From: the human T2T-CHM13v2.0 reference genome, Homo sapiens
Strand: one strand, 5' to 3'
Length of the DNA: 64,000 nucleotides
Assembly (NCBI RefSeq): GCF_009914755.1
Contig: NC_060935.1
Under the pieces are notes generated by a model. That model saw nothing but the letters and a program-made list of their open reading frames with translations. It was not told where the DNA came from and did not search any database. A program made the position numbers and the translations under genes. Shown one piece after another: positions 54,670-64,000 of the stretch (position 1 is the stretch's first letter; each line of letters begins with the position of its first letter).

Positions 54670-55247
54670 TGTATTAGGGTTCTCCAGAGGGGCAGAAACA
54701 ATTGGATCTATGTATACATAGGAGAGAGTTTATTAGGGAGAATTGGATCACATCATTACAAGGTGAAGTCCCATGATAGGCTATCTGCAAGTTGGGGAGA
54801 GAAGCCTATAATTTCTCAGTCCAAGTTGGAAAGACTCAAAACCAGAAAAGCTGACAGTGCAGCCTTCAGTCTGCTGCAGAAGGCCTGACAGCCCTGGGGA
54901 AGCCACTGGTGCAAGTCACAGATTCCAAAAGCCAATGAACATGGAGTCTGGTATCTATGGGCAGAAGAGTGGAAGCAAGTGTCCAAAACAGGCAAAAGAA
55001 AAAGAGCCGGCAGATTTAGCAAGCCAGCTTATCCCACCTTCTTCCCCCTGCTTTATTCTAGCCATGCTGGCAGCTGATTGGATGATGCTAACCCACACTG
55101 AGGGTGGGTCTTCCTCTCCTAGCTCACTGAGGCAAATGTCAGTCTCCTCTGGCAATACCCTCACAAACACACCCAGAAACAATGCTTCACCAGCCATCTA
55201 GGCATCCCTCAGTCCAATCAAGTTGACACCTAATATTAACCATCACA
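54670..55247 (-). mobile_element. MLT2A2-like (HERV-L) solo LTR
   Basis: Termini tgtattagggttctccagagg and ccaatcaagttgacacctaatattaaccatcaca. Confidence 0.88.
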
Positions 55248-57144
55248 ACAAAACAAAATATTGAATATTTTCATGAGCTATTACAAAGCTAAAATTTTAA
55301 ATTATTATGCAGTAAAGTCCTTGCTGCAATTAGAAAACAGTACCAATTCAAACTGCATAAAAATACAAAATGACACTACTATAAATGAAATGAATTCAGC
55401 ACTATAAATGGTTTCTAAATAAGAAAGATATTTGATTCATACCAATTACCCCATAACTAAGGGATTTTTCCAGTGTAGTTGTTTTAGCACCATAGTGGAT
55501 GTAAAAAAAAAATTATGTATTTTCATCACAAATTAAGCTCTTAATTAGACATGCGATTTCCTTTTTTTTTTCTATAATATTTCTTTCTTTTCTCTTGCGA
55601 AATCTTTTCAAGGTGTCCCTGGATTACAAGAATAGAAACACACTTGATGGATCCTACTTGTCAATCAAATTGACAGCTATAAAATAAAATCAGTCATTCT
55701 GCTAAAGTATAACTTTTAAGGATGAATTTTTAGCTCAGAAATTTAATCATATGAGTGCTTCTGAAATAAAATGATGATGCCTGGTTAATTCTATGTGCCA
55801 CTGCATATTAATTCACACATCTCCTCTTTAAGAATACCATTTTAATGGGATATTGTCACTGTGTAAAATGTATGACTAGCCCAACTGTTGGTGCAGTTTG
55901 TATTTTTTCTACTTTTCACTGCAAAGGTTGATAATGATAAATCTAACAACTAGTAAAGGGCAGAAATAGCTAATTATTCAACCTTTGGTGACTTCACTGA
56001 ATTCTATAAGTAGTCCTCTATATTCAAGATATTAAAATGTACACATATGAGAAGGAAGAATCTTCTCTATTTCTATTTCTAGAGTCTTGCCAGCTAAGGC
56101 AGTAAATGATATACAATAGAACTGGAAATGATCAGTTTCATTAAACCCAGTTTATAAAGACTCTTTCGAAGTTTTATTCTCCTGTGGTTACTATCATGCA
56201 TCAAATCATTAAATAGCATTCTCTTCTCTATTCCCTTAGGGATTCCCTTCATGGGACTTGACACAGGACCAGGTTTTCAATGTGTCTGAGTAGTACTGAT
56301 GTGAATAGTACTGTATCACATCCCAGGGTTCTGAGCTATGGTTCTTAAGAGACCACGTGCAAAAACATTTGCCAGTATTTTCTAATTTGCCAGTATTTTC
56401 TCAAAATAAAATAAAATAAAATAAACTTTCATATTTTTATTTTAAAATATAAAGTCAATATTATATTCCCCAAATGCTACCAGAGTGGATTTATTTGTAG
56501 AATTAAATTATAAAATAAATTTCAGTTTATTTAGTACCTTGTATTAAGCACATGGTAGTGTCTTGATAATATTTTATATGTAAAACCAATGTATGAAAAA
56601 TGAATAAAGAATTAACAAACGTATATCAGGATATAATTTTCCATATTTTGCTGCAGAATTTTATATATTTCTACATTGATAAATCTGTTTAATTCACAAA
56701 TAATAAATTCCTTGCACTATGATATACAAAGATGAACAGGACATAGTCCCAAACAGGAAAGTTCTCACAGCCTAGTACATACAACACAGGAATTTACACA
56801 CACAATTTATTTGCAAGTTACAATATGTTAAATACCAACAGTAAATTGTGACAAAGTTATCAGTTTCCTAAGGAAGAAGGAAGTAATTGCTACTAAGGAG
56901 ATAGTGAGTGTTGGAGATGACTTCTTAGGATTTGAGCTGGCCAAGAAAGATGGATAGAATAAGAAAATAAACAAAATATAAACGTAACAAAACCTAATAT
57001 AAATATAACAAACCAATTAACAACATGGCTAAGGTAAACTTGGTGAATATGGTAAAGAGATAGCAATGTACAGAATGGCAATAATCTGGAATGTTTAATG
57101 CCATATTATGGTTCAAAAAGGTTTATTCAATAGAATATAGTTTT

Positions 57145-63409
<6,265 letters not shown>

Positions 63410-63809
63410 AGAATATAGGTTTCAACAACTAGCTTGAGAACACATTAAAGGTACTTACTGATTAGGATTTAGTTCTTATTTCCTAGGCAATGAAGAGTCA
63501 ACAGAGTGGCTTTCCATTATTTTTTGATCATAAACAAAGCAGCAGCATGTAGCATAGTTAGAGAGGGAAGCTTTCAAAGAAAATGACATTTTTGCATTAA
63601 TTACAGAGGAGGTTTTGTTGACACACTGGGGCCAGTCAAAGGGGAGAGATGAAAGGCAGAGAAGATATTTGAAGAAAGAATAGTGTTGGGGAGGGGTGTG
63701 GAAAGAATGTCAAATTTATTCATATTGATGTCTTCTAGCATTTCATTTAGTTAGGAAAGGAGGGGTCTGTTTGGAGTAAGAGTAGCAAAGTTAAAAGTCA
63801 AACAAATGT

Positions 63810-63946
63810 AGTGACTATGCTCACTACCTAGATGATGGGATCATTTGTATCCCAAACCTCAGCATCACACAACATACCCATGTAACAAACATGCACATGT
63901 ACCCCTTAATCTAAAATAAAAGTTGAAATTATTGAAAAAAAAAAAA
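63810..63946 (+). mobile_element. L1PB-like 3' terminus
   Basis: ctcactacctagatgatgggatc...cccaaacctcagcatcacacaa...ctaaaataaaagttgaaa plus an A tail. Confidence 0.85.
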
Positions 63947-64000
63947 GCAAGTATTTGCAACAGTCATAGCTAGGGGATGGTGAAACAAGATCCCTACAGA

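Overview
Primate (human-like) genomic DNA, AT-rich and repeat-dense, lying entirely inside the minus-strand gene GUCY1A2 (soluble guanylate cyclase alpha-2). Two coding exons are recognisable, and the ORF track misses both. One is the constitutive 155-nt catalytic-domain exon at 12987-13141 ([52 protein letters not shown]). The other is the 93-nt alternative exon at 51318-51410, encoding the 31-aa insert of the dominant-negative alpha2i isoform. The rest is intron: 12 Alus, a full-length decayed L1PA6/7-like element (57145-63409), a twin-primed L1, other L1 fragments, MLT1/MLT2A/LTR16 LTRs, DNA-transposon relics, L2/MIR, and a 1.9-kb structured AT-rich minisatellite next to the constitutive exon. 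I see no new multi-gene system. The best leads are: (1) a second, stronger in-frame acceptor inside the alpha2i exon; (2) a U1-mimicking hairpin over the constitutive exon's donor; (3) about 22 TACGTG (HRE-core) motifs in the minisatellite; (4) an open, extended ORF0 homologue in the old L1; (5) several local templated duplications and fold-back scars. Repeat subfamily names come from recalled consensus sequences and their boundaries are approximate.
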